Source: Ginglymostoma cirratum
Lineage: Eukaryota
Direction: 5' to 3'
DNA length: 64,000 bases
Assembly (NCBI GenBank): GCA_024137785.1
Contig: JAHRHZ010000068.1
Coordinates: forward strand, 1,173,609 to 1,237,608
A program made the translations under genes and the position numbers. Positions 49,235-63,900 of the stretch are shown piece after piece (the first letter of the stretch is position 1; each line of letters starts with the position of its first letter). The notes below the pieces were generated by a model, which ran no database searches, was not told the DNA's origin, and was given only the letters and a program-made list of their open reading frames with translations.

Positions 49235-49511
49235 ATATAGTGGTCTCCTTTGTTAATGGCATTTCTCTTGCAGGTACCTGATGAAGGTGATCATGTCAAT
49301 TGCCATAGAATAGCTAAGACCAATGCCATGGAGAAACAGCAATTGGTTAATATGTAGAGATATATATCCAGAATTAACAATAGCTCCTTTGATAATTCAT
49401 ACCCCTTTGCAACTATTATGAATAGCTAGCAGGTTTTATTACTATTGCACGGTGACTACAATCACTCAACTAAATGCTAATTAGACATTGGCTTCCTTTA
49501 TAACTTTAAAT

Positions 49512-49849
49512 GGGAGGTGGGTGGTACAGTGTTATTGTCACTGGACAGGCTGATATTCTGGGGATATGTGTCCTAATTCACAGTGGCAGATGGTGACATT
49601 TGAATTCAATCTTTAAATATCTAGAATTAAAAGCTAGCTCGACGGTGACCATGTAACTGCTGTCATTTGTCATAAAAACCCATCTGGTTCACTAACGTCT
49701 TTTAGAGTAAACTTGTTGTCCTTACCTGGTCTGGCCTACATGTGACTCCAGATCCATAGAAATCTGGTTGACTCTTTACTGCCCTCTGGGATGGACAATA
49801 AATGCTGGTCCAGCCTGTGATGTTCACATCCCATGAATGGATAAAGAAA
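49512..49849 (+). mobile_element. tRNA-derived SINE (family A)
   Basis: Homologous to 19455-19806 over the body and tail. Confidence 0.85.
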
Positions 49850-52800
49850 ATTGTTAAATTAGTCTTTTTCACTTGAACTCACACTCATTATAGAAAAAAG
49901 TTGAATTTCCACTGGTCAATGTATTTTACAGCTTGTATTTAATTGAAATCTATTTATTTCTGTATTTCTATCAAGATCAGTTTCTATGAAAAAAAGTTAT
50001 TTTTCTAATGGACCATATTGTAAGTATATTTCATGCAAATCTACAACTATAAACATATACAGTAATAACTGCTGGAAAAATAATTTAACAGTTAATTCAA
50101 AATAATCTTGATCAGGATTTTAGAGCTACTAGGTAACCTATTTCCCTCAGTTATACTCAAAATTTGCATCATGCATTAGATAACACTCCTAAAGTTCCTC
50201 TAAAACAATGGTTTGAGGACATATTCATTTATAAATAGTTTGATAGTAAAGTAACAAATGTCCTCTTTGTCAAACTTAACAGTATAAGAGGTATAAAACA
50301 CTGAAACTGTGATTAGTATTTTTTATGATTAAAAAGTACTATATTCTACAGGGAATGGTAAAATTCTAGTTTCAGACTCAAATCAATCCTATAATGTATG
50401 TGGTACCACTGGGGGCTGTGAGACAGTGGAAAGATCCACCGGGAACTGCGCTGTAATAAAATAATCAACATATCTCACTTCCAGGCGTCTTGTCACTTGT
50501 GAGTACTGCACTCTGAAGTGTTCTGATTATGGGAGGGGTTCAGCAACTGAAACAATGTGGTGTTTTATTGTTTTCCTTGGCTTTTCATAGAAGGGAAGGA
50601 TATTTACTGTTAAATGGTTAGGAGGCCAACTTTTTTCCATCCTGTGTATTTAGATATGCTGTCAATAATCATGACAGAATTAATGCAAATCTATTTTTTA
50701 ATATTGTGTCTGATCAAATCACACAGTTTGAAATGAACTCTAATAAATTACTCAAGGTCATTTGATAGCTGAAGACCAACATAAACAGACTAGTAAAGAG
50801 ATCGATATATTTTTGTGTCCATAAACTATCAAGAAGTTAGATTAAGAGCTAAATAAATGATAGCAAGAAGAAAAATTATACAATATTTTAATAGTCTCCA
50901 GATTGGACAGCACAATGCAGACAAAGAACAAAAAATGTTTTTTGATTAAAGTGCAGTATTCATCTGAGGTATTTGTAATTTTTCCTTGAGATCTTATTTC
51001 ATCTCTGATTCAGTTTAGGTTCAGTAATGTGAAACCACAAATGCATATTTAGCAGAAGAATAGCATATTTAGAGGTTGTGGTCAAGCAAGAAATATGATT
51101 TATAATCTTTGAATCTATTATTGTGTAAAATGATTTTCCCATCAGTTGTATTAATTTACCTAGGTATTTTAACAATGCATTTGTAAGTAAAGAATAATAA
51201 CAAAAATACTTGAATAAAATTCGTACGAGGTACACTGAGAGCACATTAACTCCTTCAGGATGCAAAGGTTTCAGTGTATTTCATTAGTACTCTGATTTTT
51301 TTTATTTGGTCTTGATCTAAACATCTTTAAGATTCATTTGATGGATAGTCCATTTATCCACAATATTTTAATATGACTCATTCAAATTGCAAGGATCCTT
51401 AAAGTTGTTGTATTTACCACGTCTGATCGCCGATTTTCAAGGTACTTACATATTTTATGAACTGTAACAACCTGGTTTTCTGGAAATGTAATGTTTTATT
51501 AATTTCATAATGAACTTGAAGAATTCATAATAGTAGTCAGAATTCAAGCATAATCAACCACCAAAGATTTAATTAATCTATTTAGTTTGAAAATGAAATG
51601 TTAGTTTCTGAACATTATTCCATCTAAAACGATTGAAGATCACAACATTGTCTGGTTTCCTAACTTTATCTTTGCTGCCAAATTTTAGTTATATTGTATA
51701 AATTCTGGTCTTTAAAGCCAAAAACGGCTTCATTCCACCTTTAGTATCATAGAATTAAACCTTAATGCCTTAAGGGTGACAATAAGAGAAGTTAATGAGA
51801 TAGTAGAACCAGTGCCAACTTCCCAATCATAAGGACAATTATCATATTGTTGTACCGCCTAAAGATAAGTCACTGGTTTTAGTGGGGAAATTAATGGTAT
51901 AATCATCTACAATCACTGGTGAGAATACCATCGAAGACTCACTTTGAACAAATGAGTTTTAAACACTTAGGATGGTTCAGTTATATGTATTTCAAATCAT
52001 TTATCTTCCTTATGTTGATGTTATAGGGCCTGTCACATCCAAGCACTCTTCCATAACACTAAATATGAGAATCACACACCTTTGTTGTGGGGGAAGAAGA
52101 CCCAGATTTTAGTCATTCACTTGGATACCTGTGTCTGTTTACACAATATACCAAAGGGTGTCAAAGTATTGTGATGAGGAATGTGTGTTTCAGACCAAAA
52201 TATTCCTTATTAGTGATTCTATTCTAATGTCACTGTGTATCAGATAGTAAAAAGTGATTGTACAAAATTGAGATTTACATAATATAAAGTTTTTTTTAAT
52301 ACCCTAATACAAAGTAATTGACAGCTAGTCATCATTAGACAAAGTGACTACATTTTGCATATCACAAAAGGGAAAAACTTAATTTCAATTCTGATTCTAA
52401 TATTGGAATGGATTCAACACATTCATATTTCATGCACCTACCCCCCCAAAAATTAAAAGTTTAACCAACTTTCGGATTTGTTCTTAATCTTGCTTTAGTT
52501 TTCTACTGAATTCTGTCTTAAGGATGGAGACAAATGTTTGCTGATGCATAGGGACATTCATGTCTATAGGTTTTACATGTCACAAATATCCAAGACATAA
52601 GAAAATATTGTGAACAACATCGAGGTGGAGAATGCAACTAATTATAAAAGCTAAATCTTTGGACTCCTGTATCTTAGAAATCAATCTACTTTCACGTATC
52701 CACCATACATATTCTCAGGCAGTACACAGTTTAGTTCAGCTAAAAACATATAAACATATCTCTGTAGTTGGCCACCAGGACCATGGGGATAGCTTATTGC

Positions 52801-55800
52801 ATAAATTACACCTAACAAACCTCAATTGAAGTCTCTAAGTGTCCTGCTAAGCAATATGGTATGATAAAAATGTAATAGTTGCATCCTCAGGCATTTTATT
52901 GTCTTTGTAGGTGGAAAGATGGTGTAGATTTGCATGTACTGTTTTGTTTGGGGTTGGCTATATGATCAATAGGAACATTTGAACAGCTGCAAAATTGTAG
53001 AGGTGGCTTTAGGCTGTGAAGTTGTTGATAAAGCAATAGATGAAATTAACAAATTAAAGATGCAATAGGGAAACTAATGAAGATAAAGTTTATAAAATAA
53101 AATAAATTTAAAAGTAATAAAGTATAAACAAAGATGTATAATGAAACTGGCTGAAAAAAGAAACACTAAACTAAAATGTTTTTTCAACTTTTGTTAAGTA
53201 TAGAATTGGAAGTAACATTAAGTCTATTAGCTTCTGAAAAGAGATAAGGAAAGTTAACAATAAATTATTAAGTTGTCGATTACCAACATCTTAGATGGCT
53301 ATGTCAAAATTTGCAATGTGTTAGCCTCCAAATTCTATTGTTGCTTTATATGTATGTGGCAATTATTATTTTTAAACATTGAACAAACTTTATTGAGTGA
53401 GGAGAAATTTTCTTTTCAAATTCAATGGTGATATTGCCATGCAGAGAAAAAATACCCTATGAGGCTCTGTGAAATTGTTATCTCTAGATTCTCACTTACA
53501 TAAACATGGCACGCCTACAGTCAAACACTTGTTGTATGTATGAGTTTCTTTTCAGACAGTGAGATGTTTTATTTGGAGAAAGGATTTATATTCTGTTTAT
53601 ATATTGTTGGTAAACAGGCAAGAAACAATGGAAGGGTACTGGGATAGGAATGAAGGAAAACTGAAAGAATATGGGAAGAAACAAAGGTTGTAAGGCGAAT
53701 CAAAAATCCTGAGGAATACGCTCTTCATGAACATCAAGCGTTATGGAATGATATTAGTTTATATTGTGTGGTTGCAATCCTGTTTATTTGAGGAAATGTA
53801 AAGAAATTTAAGTCACCAGGCTCCGGGAATCCCAACTTCCACATCTACCCTGTAAGTAGTCCAGCACTCATCAATCCCTCTTGTGCTCTCAAATGGTTGC
53901 AAGACTGAACGAACACATCATGAGGACATGAGTGTTTTAGCTGCGAGGGCACTTTCCCTGGCTAGATTTAAGGAAATTCCTGTACATACGCTGTTTGCCA
54001 GAGCATCAGGGATGGTGTAATGTTATCCACTGAGATGAAATTCAGGAAGTAAACAATCTGGCTGATCCATAACCTACAGGCATTGGTGAGACTACCTTTT
54101 CAAAGTGTAAATTGTTAAAGGGTAAGAGTGTAAGAAAATCCAAATGAAATTTGAAAAGAAAATTTTGAAAAACGTTAAACAAATTGATAAAAAGGTGAAA
54201 AAAATTAAGTTGGTGCATGTATCGGGAAGATGCCCAGCCGTAAGTGTTACTGTGTCTGCGGTCCTCTCCCTTGAGTTGCATACATGACCACAGCATCGAC
54301 AGGTTCCCTACATGTTGATATATCCAAACAGCAAAATCAATCCCGTCAGCAAATAGTTTTGAACAATGAATCCATCCCGAATATTAAACCATCTTTGGTG
54401 TAGCATTAATGTAATGTAGTAAGCACAGGGTGGAGACAGTCCATACAACTCACACTAACTCCACATATACCAGCCTAAATTGATGCCTGACTATGTAGGT
54501 ACAGTATGAGTACAAATAACAACATATAGAATTAGGGTATGCAACTACTGGAGCTTATGTCTATAAAAAGGTCTACATTTCTGGACGTCAATCACGGATG
54601 TAGTCTATAGAAGTCAACATTCATAAGCCCGATTAAGTATCGATACCATTTGAAGAACAGTATGCTATACAGTTGGACGTCCATACAGGTAAAACCCACA
54701 ATAATTTAACGCTAATTTACAAAACATCGTCGATACCCCTTCAGAAAAGTTAAAGTGCTCCCTGCGATGTATCCGGGCATAAAGCGCTATTCTTCATGAT
54801 CATTTTAAAGAGTGGTATAAGCATTAAGCGAGCCAGAGGGGTCAGGGAAAATCGGACTGCACAAGGTTATTCCGAACGATTTACTCCCCGAGATGCGTAC
54901 CATATGGTTAACATCTCTAGAATACTACAGATGTGGCAGACTGAATGGACACCAACCATGCTTAGTATATGAATTAATCTTTCCAGAAAATCTTTACAAC
55001 ATTCGCGGCTGAAACAAAATTCAATTACTTTGCAACCGTAAGTACCATGGAGACCAGAACAATGGAAATGAAATATCGCGAAAACCCATTTGTCCGATTT
55101 TAAAATAGTTTTCACTGGAATTTTAAGATTTTGAAATAAAAATGCAGTTATTTTAGGAGGAAAAACCCTCCATGTAATATGATATAATTTGCGAAACCAT
55201 CCATCAGATGTTTAGTTGATCTTAATGCTATAAAACCAAATACACTGAATTGGTATAGTTCCATTTCGAATTGAAAAAAAAATCATTTAAATATAGAATT
55301 AATGGCATCATTGAAAAAGAGTCTCATCGTGTAACGATAAAATGAGTTGAAAATACGGTTATTAAATCAGGCATGTGCTTTTTTGAGAAAAGATTTTGAG
55401 TCGAAACGCCCATAAAGTATTCAGAAATGATAGTTGGATTAACTTTGCAATAAAGTTTAATATTTAGCTTGCATGCCGGATTTGTTTGTTATTAACTCGT
55501 TATTTGTTGCCGCTCCGTGTTTGTGCTTTGCATTTCAAAACAACAACAAAATAAAATCAGCAGCCAGGTAAGTCCAACAGGCTGAATTTAGAACCGCTAA
55601 ATCTCCACACAGTTATCCGAAACGTACAGGGACGGTCACAATTTGATGGAATTCGGATTGAACCGTCGGCACATTCCTTGCGTTCAGGGACGGAGATCGC
55701 AAAGTCAGAAACGGTGTTAGGAATTTGCTCGGAAGGGGTTCAGGAAAAGTGCAGGCAATTCAAACGAACTGGGTTACTTTCTGCTACTCGAAGCTATTCG

Positions 55801-56999
55801 TTAGGTGGGGGATACATCCCAACGATTTTCGGTTTCCACCTTGTTAACAAGGGGGAATTTAGTTTATTTTGCGTACAATGGGCTAGTATTTACATAGCTG
55901 GGAAGATCTGCGGGGTTCGCCAGAAGATTCATGACTCACGATTTTAACAGTTGTCCAGGTATTTGATGTGATAAACACGTCGTGGATTGGCTTCAACCGG
56001 TTCTATAATTGCATCCAAAGTAATAACTTGAATAAAAAGCGTTCCTTTTATAATTTGAATGAAACCTAAATGTGACAATATTATCATTAGATTCTAAGAA
56101 TTCTGACTTTTTGTTCTTTTCAATCATGACGCCTACACGCATGAAATATTTATAATATTCCTAACTTTGTACCATTTCATCTGCATCGAATCGCGCTCAA
56201 ATAATACTGCCATTGTATGTGCATTATTTCCTCCTTGGCGCTTCCCGATTTTTTTTGTAACCAGGGGATGGCGTTCCAGGCTCTTCATTTGCACAAATCC
56301 ATCTCTGAGTAGAACGGAGACTTGAGAGAAATCCGCCACTCTTCAGCACGGCCTCTGATGGTCCCTGTAATAAATTAAGCGTCATTTATAAATAAATTTA
56401 TACCTCTGCATTTCAGTCCTTGATCAAGGACAGGCAAGGTTTCAGAAAGATTTCAGTTAAATTGCAGATTAATGTTACGTTCTAGAAGTGTTAATTGGAC
56501 TACTGAACCGATTCGCAAGCATTTTTCAAGAAAAGAAAAATCGCCCCATCGGGTTCGTAATTAATGTTATTATTATCAGGCTATCAAGGAAAAAAAATCT
56601 CTCGCAGTTTGGTGTGCTCGATTGTTTCGGGAAGAGTTATATGTCAATTCCAGTAATCAGCAGAGTCACAATGTATCAGAGGACGGATCTTGAAAGGAGA
56701 CTGAAGGTTTAGAGGACCCTATCCTACTCCGCTATGGTGGAGTTAAGGCTGATCACACCCAGGCAATCATATCAAAGAGGATCCTCTCCGTTCGCCAAAG
56801 AGCTCAAATATTGGCACCACAAAGGTGCACAACAAATCATGAATAAGAAACGACATAGATTACAAGTTACAAACTTTACCCCCTACATCTTAACCCCTAC
56901 CAACTTAACTTTATTTTGTTATTTTATTCGGACTAAACAATAAATAAACGCTTCTGGCCGTGGTGACTGAATGAGAAAGACAGACACACAGAGAAAAAA

Positions 57000-57260
57000 A
57001 TGACACGTGCAGACCGGCACTTCGCAGCTTGTCCTCGTTTTGCTTTGAAATGGTCAGTGGAGTAAGATAACAGTAGGTTTGGCACTCCACAGATTGACAC
57101 TTTCTACTTCCTGACAGGGTTGTCCTCTTGCTGAACTTTCACCTCCCGAACCCAACTGCCTTCATTGGCCAGAGAGCACCGAGCGAGCCGAGCCGAGGTG
57201 GGGGGAAGAGGAGCGCAGCGCTGCGCCTCCCGGAGTCGGCTTGAGCTGCTTGGCCCAGCA
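57000..57260 (+). promoter_or_regulatory. Candidate core promoter of an unidentified + strand gene
   Basis: E-box CACGTG at 57004-57009, inverted CCAAT (ATTGG) at ~57164, and a GC-rich tract directly before a candidate first exon. Confidence 0.55.
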
Positions 57261-57289
57261 GCTGTCTGCTACAGAGAGAGAGGAGCGCG

Positions 57290-57326
<37 letters not shown>

Positions 57327-57385
57327 TTTCAACATTTCCACAATCACTTTCATTGCTTCTTCAGAGTCCAGAAACGAGAGAGACG
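57240..57385 (+). other. Candidate non-coding first exon (5' end approximate)
   Basis: ATG-free leader with a (TC)n(AC)n tract, ending at donor ACG|GTGAGG (GT at 57386). Confidence 0.5.
57291..57326. repeat. Compound microsatellite (TC)10(AC)8
   Basis: Directly visible. Confidence 0.95.
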
Positions 57386-57574
57386 GTGAGGTTTTTTTTG
57401 GTGATTAGACAGAGGATTGGAGGGGTGGTGTAGTGACTGCTTTATGTGTGGTGCTCACGCCAAAGTTGCTGTAGCCGCCCTGTGTTGCAAGCAGAGATCC
57501 TGAAGCAAGCAGCAGCTTTCTCCCCCCCTTCTCTGAAAAGCTCTGATACATGTTGTTTACACAGCAGGTGGATA

Positions 57575-57582
57575 TGACGTCA
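57575..57582. promoter_or_regulatory. Full palindromic CRE (TGACGTCA), with nearby forkhead site TGTTTAC (57554-57560)
   Basis: Exact consensus matches inside the CpG island. Function not shown. Confidence 0.45.
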
Positions 57583-57928
57583 GGGGCCAGCTTACAGCAA
57601 AAAATAACAACATCCAACTCCGCGATTTGTATCTTCCAACCCCCCCTCCTCCACATACACACAAACCACTACTCCAACAAAAAAAAACTCATTAAGTTCG
57701 CTAGAATTGTGAATAATGAAAAGTGGAAGGGGAAAGCGCTGCGGGAGCATAGGGAAAGATCTGATCAAGTGTTGAGCTCGGTCCCGGCTTTCTAGTTGGT
57801 GCTGAAGGGATTTTTGTGTCTTTGGAAAGCGGCTGCTCCACAACGTAGTGCCCGAGCGGAGTAATATATTGTTATTTATTGTGTGCTTGTTGCATGCTTT
57901 CTCGTACACAATCGCATGTGTGTTGCAG

Positions 57929-57977
57929 GGTCAAATTATCTCCTGGTTGCCCAACAACCTAAAAGCAGCACCAACTG
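57929..57977 (+). other. Candidate 49-nt ATG-free exon
   Basis: Acceptor ttgcag| at 57928 and consensus donor CTG|GTAAGT at 57978. Confidence 0.5.
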
Positions 57978-60900
57978 GTAAGTTTGAATTTCATTCTTCT
58001 GTCTCTCCCCTTGCCCTTCTCGCTTTCAGGTTTAACTCTTTCGGCTTGGCTTGGCTCTAATTTCCTGCAAAGCCCCACGTGCAGTTTGGGGTGTTTTACA
58101 GAGAGGAAAAAAAAATGTTTGTCGTTTGTCAAAGTGGGTTTTGATAAATAATTTGCATTGGCAACACAGACACACACACAGATACAACTGCTGCTGGAGT
58201 GGTTGTTGTGGAGGGGGGGGGGGAGGAGGAGGAGGATGTGGGGTGTAAGTTGAGGTGTGGGAGTCCCCGGGGCTTGTTTTAGCGTGAGGTTATTCACCAA
58301 GAGTGGGTCAGTTTGAGGGAGTTGAGTTGCGCGAGGTTTCTCTTTCTCCTCCTGCAATTTCGCTGTTGTTTCCCGTGGAGTAAATCGGCGGAGACTTGAC
58401 AGGCTGGAGGAGACCGAAAGGGATCTCTCCTCTAGGATCACACCATTCGTGTAGGGGGAAATAGCCACATAATGTGCGAACCGCACGGGGGAAAAGGGAA
58501 CTCCTGAAACTTGTCACTTTTATTTTTTGTCACCGTCCTGTACTTTTCAGAAAGACCCATGCGAGCTTGGACGGGTTAGGGTTAGCATGTCAGCATCGAA
58601 TTACCTAGGAAGTCATCGAAGTTACGGGGGTGGGTGGGGGGAGGTGGAGGAGGTAATTGAGGCTCCGCGGTATCATTTAGTCATAGTTTAAGCAATCGGT
58701 ACGGTATTCTATGGAGTTTTCTCTACTAGATATGTCTTGGGTTGGGGTGGAGGGTGGTTGCTGGGGTTGGGGGTTGTACAGTAACTTAGTGCGAAGTCTG
58801 GCCTCTGATCGCCAGCTTTTCCAGTACGGCCCCGAACACACTTCATCGCCACTTTCTCCAGTTGGCGGGCCGCTGGAAGCTCCAACACTGGGAAGTAAAG
58901 AAACCCACAGCAAGAGGTGCTGCCGATTTTTGACGTCCTTTAAAAGTTCGATCGAGCAAGAAACGCGCTGCTGCTAAGCCCGGGCAAGTTGTAATTCGCA
59001 CGGCCTCCAGTGTGAGAGAGAGAAGTCACCACCACCTACCTAATCTCTGTAACCGAAACAAGTAGCAGGCTCTTTTTTGTGTGTGTTACAGAGACACACA
59101 ACGCGCGGCCTCCTCCTCTTCGCCACCACTCCCACCCCCCCATCCACACCTCTCACTGGGAGGTGACATTTCGCCACGGGAACAGGAAAGTCCACTCCTC
59201 ACTGTCCCTGATACTAGGGGAGGATGAGGTGAGGTGTCCAACGCTGGTACTTTCTGTGGTAGTGGTGGGGGTGAGGTGACTCAGAAAGGGGTCGGAGGGG
59301 TGAAAGAAGCGAGATGTTTTCTAGATGACCCTGAAATTTCCCAGTACCAAATTGTTTACAGAGATGGAGAGTTGCGCCCACCACCCCCCCCCCAACACTT
59401 CCAGCTGCATCTGGCGCCTCCGCGACTTTGTTGTTAACTTGGTGTTTGTTTAACTTTTTCTTGTTGATGAAAGGACGGAGCTGCGGCTGTACGAGTAGCC
59501 GCCGAGTCTTTTGTTATGGTAATACCGGTGTTTAGTCAGATCCTTCCCTGCGAAAACTTTCCTGTCAGAACTGCTCGCGCGCGACAGGCGTTCTCGATCC
59601 CCTCTCAAACAGAAACACACACACACAGAATGGAACAGATCTCACGTTTCTTTTCCCTCAAAAGAAGGCGGCTCTTCAATAACACACACACAAGAAGAAA
59701 ACAATTTTTGCATTGGGTCACATATCGATTCGGCAGCTGCTCCCTGACTCAGTTTTTAGCCTGCTCCCCTGAAAGTTTGCTCGTTTGACTTCGCCGAATT
59801 TTGGCGGCTGCTGGGCGGACAATGAGTTTTTTTGTGTCTGGCGGGGACGGGTGGGGGGTCGTGCGGGCTGTGTTTAAAGAGGACAGCGTCGGTAAAAGCA
59901 AGGTACTGCTTTTGTTAAAGACAGGTTCATGACAAAACGTGTGGAAAAGGCAAAGTCAACCAAGGTCCTTCCCCCCCCCCACACACACACAACCCCCCCC
60001 CCCACTCCCCCATCAGATTTAGGACCTGTTTTTGCAGCACCTCTTGTAATTTAGTTTTGGTCACTTCTCATATCCTCCAAGGTTGTAGGGACTGTAAAGT
60101 TGTGTTGGCGGTAGGGTGGGAGTGTTGATGTTTAATGTTAAGCCACAAAGAAGAAGACAAAAATCCACAAAAGTGGAATTCAACTCCGCCCCCCCCCCCA
60201 CACACACACACACACTCTTCAATTTGGATTACCCAGTGTCTGAGAAAATCGCACGAAAGCAAACAGCCCGTCGAGAAGCGAACCTTGACAACCCAAGAGC
60301 AAAGTCAAACGGCGCGCACATCAAACAAAGTCCGTGCTGGGCCGTTGTCAAGGGTCCGCTCTTCGGGAGGCTTTCAACCGTGAGCGCAGGCGTTGCTGTC
60401 TCGTCGGCTCTGCACAACAAACGCCCGCGCACACAATTGGAAAACCAGAAAGAGGGAGACGATGTGAGTGGAAGCGACCACTTGCTTCACATCAGCCCCA
60501 AAACCTCCACTGGTCCAGAGGAACTTCAGAAAGTTTCTGTGTTAAGACAAGATTCAACCTTTAAACACCTCAGCATTTGAGTCATCAGAATCATGTCTGC
60601 CTAAGTCCATTCTTAACAAGTTGGGGCATAAGGGATGATTATTTAGACCGAGATTTCGTCTAAGCGTGTCTGTGTAGGCGCATATATAACTTGTATGCAA
60701 TGAACAGTTTTTAAAAAAAATCTGCATTATTATTTAGTAATAAAATCATATTTATTACCGACATTGTAGTTCGTTTGGTTAAGGAGCAATGATCCAGGCA
60801 TTGACGATAGATTTTCGTTGGATCATGCTGTTGAAGTGCAATTTTGTTATCAGTTGTCAAATAATGGATGGAATAAGATCAAGCAATACTTTACGGATAC

Positions 60901-63900
60901 AAAATTTAGCATTGCAAAAAATGACTGGTGCAACACCTGAATTATTTATCTCCAGACTTAACATGCATTGATAGCTAGCACTAGTGTGAACAGATTGGGA
61001 CTTCGTTAAAAATTAGTTATAGTAGGGACATGGCTGAACTTTTATTAAGATGACAGAACAGGGTTCAATTAGTGTTTATCTACAAGTTAGTTATAAAGAG
61101 ACTGAGTTAAGCTTAACACCGGTTAAGCTTCAATCTCCTGTCAATACTGTACACAGTGTGATTAAGAAATGTAAAACTAAGTATCAATATTTGCTGATAC
61201 TAATTTTTGTACTTCATACAAATGATCCCAGTTTCACCAGATAAACTACAACAAGGCAGCATATTTTAATACGTATAATGTCTGTATATTTTAGTTAAAC
61301 CTGCAGAACTATGTTACGGTTGTAATTTACTTAAGTATATGCAATTCACTGAATGATGTTTTTACATTGACACTATTTGTAATCACATGAAATGTAAACA
61401 ATTTCAAAAGCTAACCTAATTTCCTATCTATAGTCATTACATCCATGTATCTCAATATCAGTTTTTATATGACAACATTACACAGAAACACATTTTTATT
61501 TGTAGCTATTAGTACATGTTCAATTATAAAAATAGATGATTTATAAGAATAGATGAAAGTAACGAAAAAAGTTGACAGATATTAAAAAGTGCCAATTGAA
61601 CAAAATAGAATAATTAAGTACACACTAACGTTAAGAGAAATGTAATAATACTTGAAAATTTTTTGGAAAAGGTTATTTAGCTATAATGTTGACAAAGAAA
61701 GGAATGCTGTGTTTTTGTTAGGCAACATTGACGAGAGTATATTGAACCTGTCAATCAGCAGTAGAGTCTTCCTTCTTGTGGTAGTTGAGTCACTTACTTG
61801 CTTTGCACTGTTGTGGCTGTAGATTTGAGTCACAGCACAAGCTGACATTTGAAAATATCAACTGTGAGGTCTGAACTAACGACTGGGACCCTACCGGACC
61901 ATATGAGCAGTTAACCATTCTTTCAACTAAATAAAGCTCGTGGAATTGTTGATCTGTGATTGAGTGGAGAAGTTAGAAATTCAAAATCTTGCAAGTTGCG
62001 TGTTATCTAGGAAACTCATTAGTGTGGTTATACCGGTGGCAAATCCTGACAATTCACATTAAGCTAAACTATATATTATAATGAAAAAAAAATTCACACT
62101 TTACATAGTGTAAGCCATTGACAGGTTTAAGCTATTTGTTATCGCTATTATGTTATTTCATATATGGTTATCTTTATGGATGGTAATCAGAACTATTTAG
62201 AAATTAGGATTTTCCATCTTTAATAATTAATCAGATTCCTTCATTTCACTTAGTATGGATGTTACTATGTTAATGAGATTCAATACATTAATATTTGCCA
62301 GATATGCTTAGTGAATGCTGATTGTCATGCTGAATGTACATTAACAGCTATTGCCATTTTATGGCAAATAATCAGTATTCATACCTGTACATAAATTCAC
62401 AAAAATTGCTGGACATGCAATCCATAGTAAAAAAGTAATTGGCTGTTAATGAATAAAGTTGGCATTAGGTATTGGGGAATTAATGATTTTTGAGAACAGT
62501 ACATTAGCAGAGTGCTGACAGACCTAATTACATATAAAGTAAGATGTAGATATATGGTTTTGTATCTGCAGATCAATATACTTCCCAAAAGAATACCAGA
62601 TTCTCTAGGGAATTTTTATATAATGGGTTCAGTTTGACTGTTTGCCAATGGCTTTTGTCAACCAGCAATAACATTATGAATAGGTTTTAAACCACTTCTA
62701 AATGCTGGCTAAGCCTGTATACATTTTGTTTTGCTTCTTAAATATCTGAAGTACTTTTTCTAAACTTATTTCCTTCAAATTTTCAACAGTTTACCGCTTT
62801 ACTATATACAAGTTTATTTTTGCATACCGCATGCATGGTGTTTAGATGTGAATGCAAATGTGAAAAGAAATCACTTCTCAGATTTTGCAGGCAAGCTGAA
62901 CTGATAGAGAAAGGGCTAACGATGCATGACTCTTGAATACCAGCAACACATTCTGTGCAAACTAACAAGCCTACATGAGAGCAGTTGCAGCTAAAGTAGT
63001 GTTTGATTACTTTCTTTCTGAAAGATAGTTGTTTATTGAGATCTGACTAGTTTTTATATGTTCAGGAGTACATATATTTTTAAGATTATTGGAATGGTAT
63101 ATTTCAACTCTGCAAGTGATTTTGATTAATTTGTTTGCATTTCCCCATTTCATTGAATATGTATTGACTTATGATCAATTTAATTTTGTTGATTTCTTCT
63201 TTTAATTTGCCTGAAAAAAAATTAATTTTTGGCTGTGAATGTCTCTAAATGTTTTCAAATCATATTTGATTGATTGCACATAAGGTATCTTGATCTGAAG
63301 ACTGAGGATTCTGCTTTGAAAGTAGACTAAAAATGGTTTCATTCCACCGTTTGATTATAGTGTTCTTTCACTTTGTTGTAACTGTAAGCTAAAAGCTTAT
63401 TTCTGTCAAATTTTATGACTTACAAAAATCAACTCCAGTAGTATAACAAATAAAGCACTTAAAACTGTGATTAAAATCCTCTTTAAAACTGTAATGAGTT
63501 TAAATTTACATGTTTGTAAGCATAACACTATTTGTTTACACTATGTCCAGAAGGCCTGCCGCCAGTCCATTTATGATAATATGCCATAATAACATTTTTC
63601 CATATATAGTTTGAAGACAGAAGTATTATATATTATTGCAGTTTGTCATTATCTTTGATTGACAACCAGCTTTACAGATCCAATGTAAACAGTGAATGTC
63701 ATTTGCTGCAATGATTGAAGTTTTAACAGCTTCAAAATGGAAAGAATTGAAATTGTGTTCTTTTTCCACTTTAAGAGACTACATAATTTTGTGCGGACTG
63801 TTGATAAACTACAGTCACAGTTGTGTGGGCGATTCAGTTTTAAGGAGCTCTGAAATGTTAATAAAATCTTACGATGTTAAGGGTGGTCCATATAAGCAGA

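Larger units (their letters stand above)
54200..60700. promoter_or_regulatory. Extended CpG-rich domain / CpG island
   Basis: CpG dinucleotides are rare in the rest of the window but frequent here, densest at ~55.5-60.5 kb. Judged by eye, not computed. Confidence 0.8.

Noticed and set aside
50406-50417. CTCF site (ccactgggggct)
   Set aside because: Lacks the core A and spacing of CCASYAGRKGGC.
57240-57977. Assigning a gene symbol to the promoter
   Set aside because: No coding exon recognised in the window, so any name would be a guess.
57959-60580. Long ORFs in the CpG island (57959..58486-, 60116..60580+)
   Set aside because: Low-complexity translations running through microsatellites and G/C runs, with no recognisable domain. 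Such ORFs are expected in GC-rich DNA.
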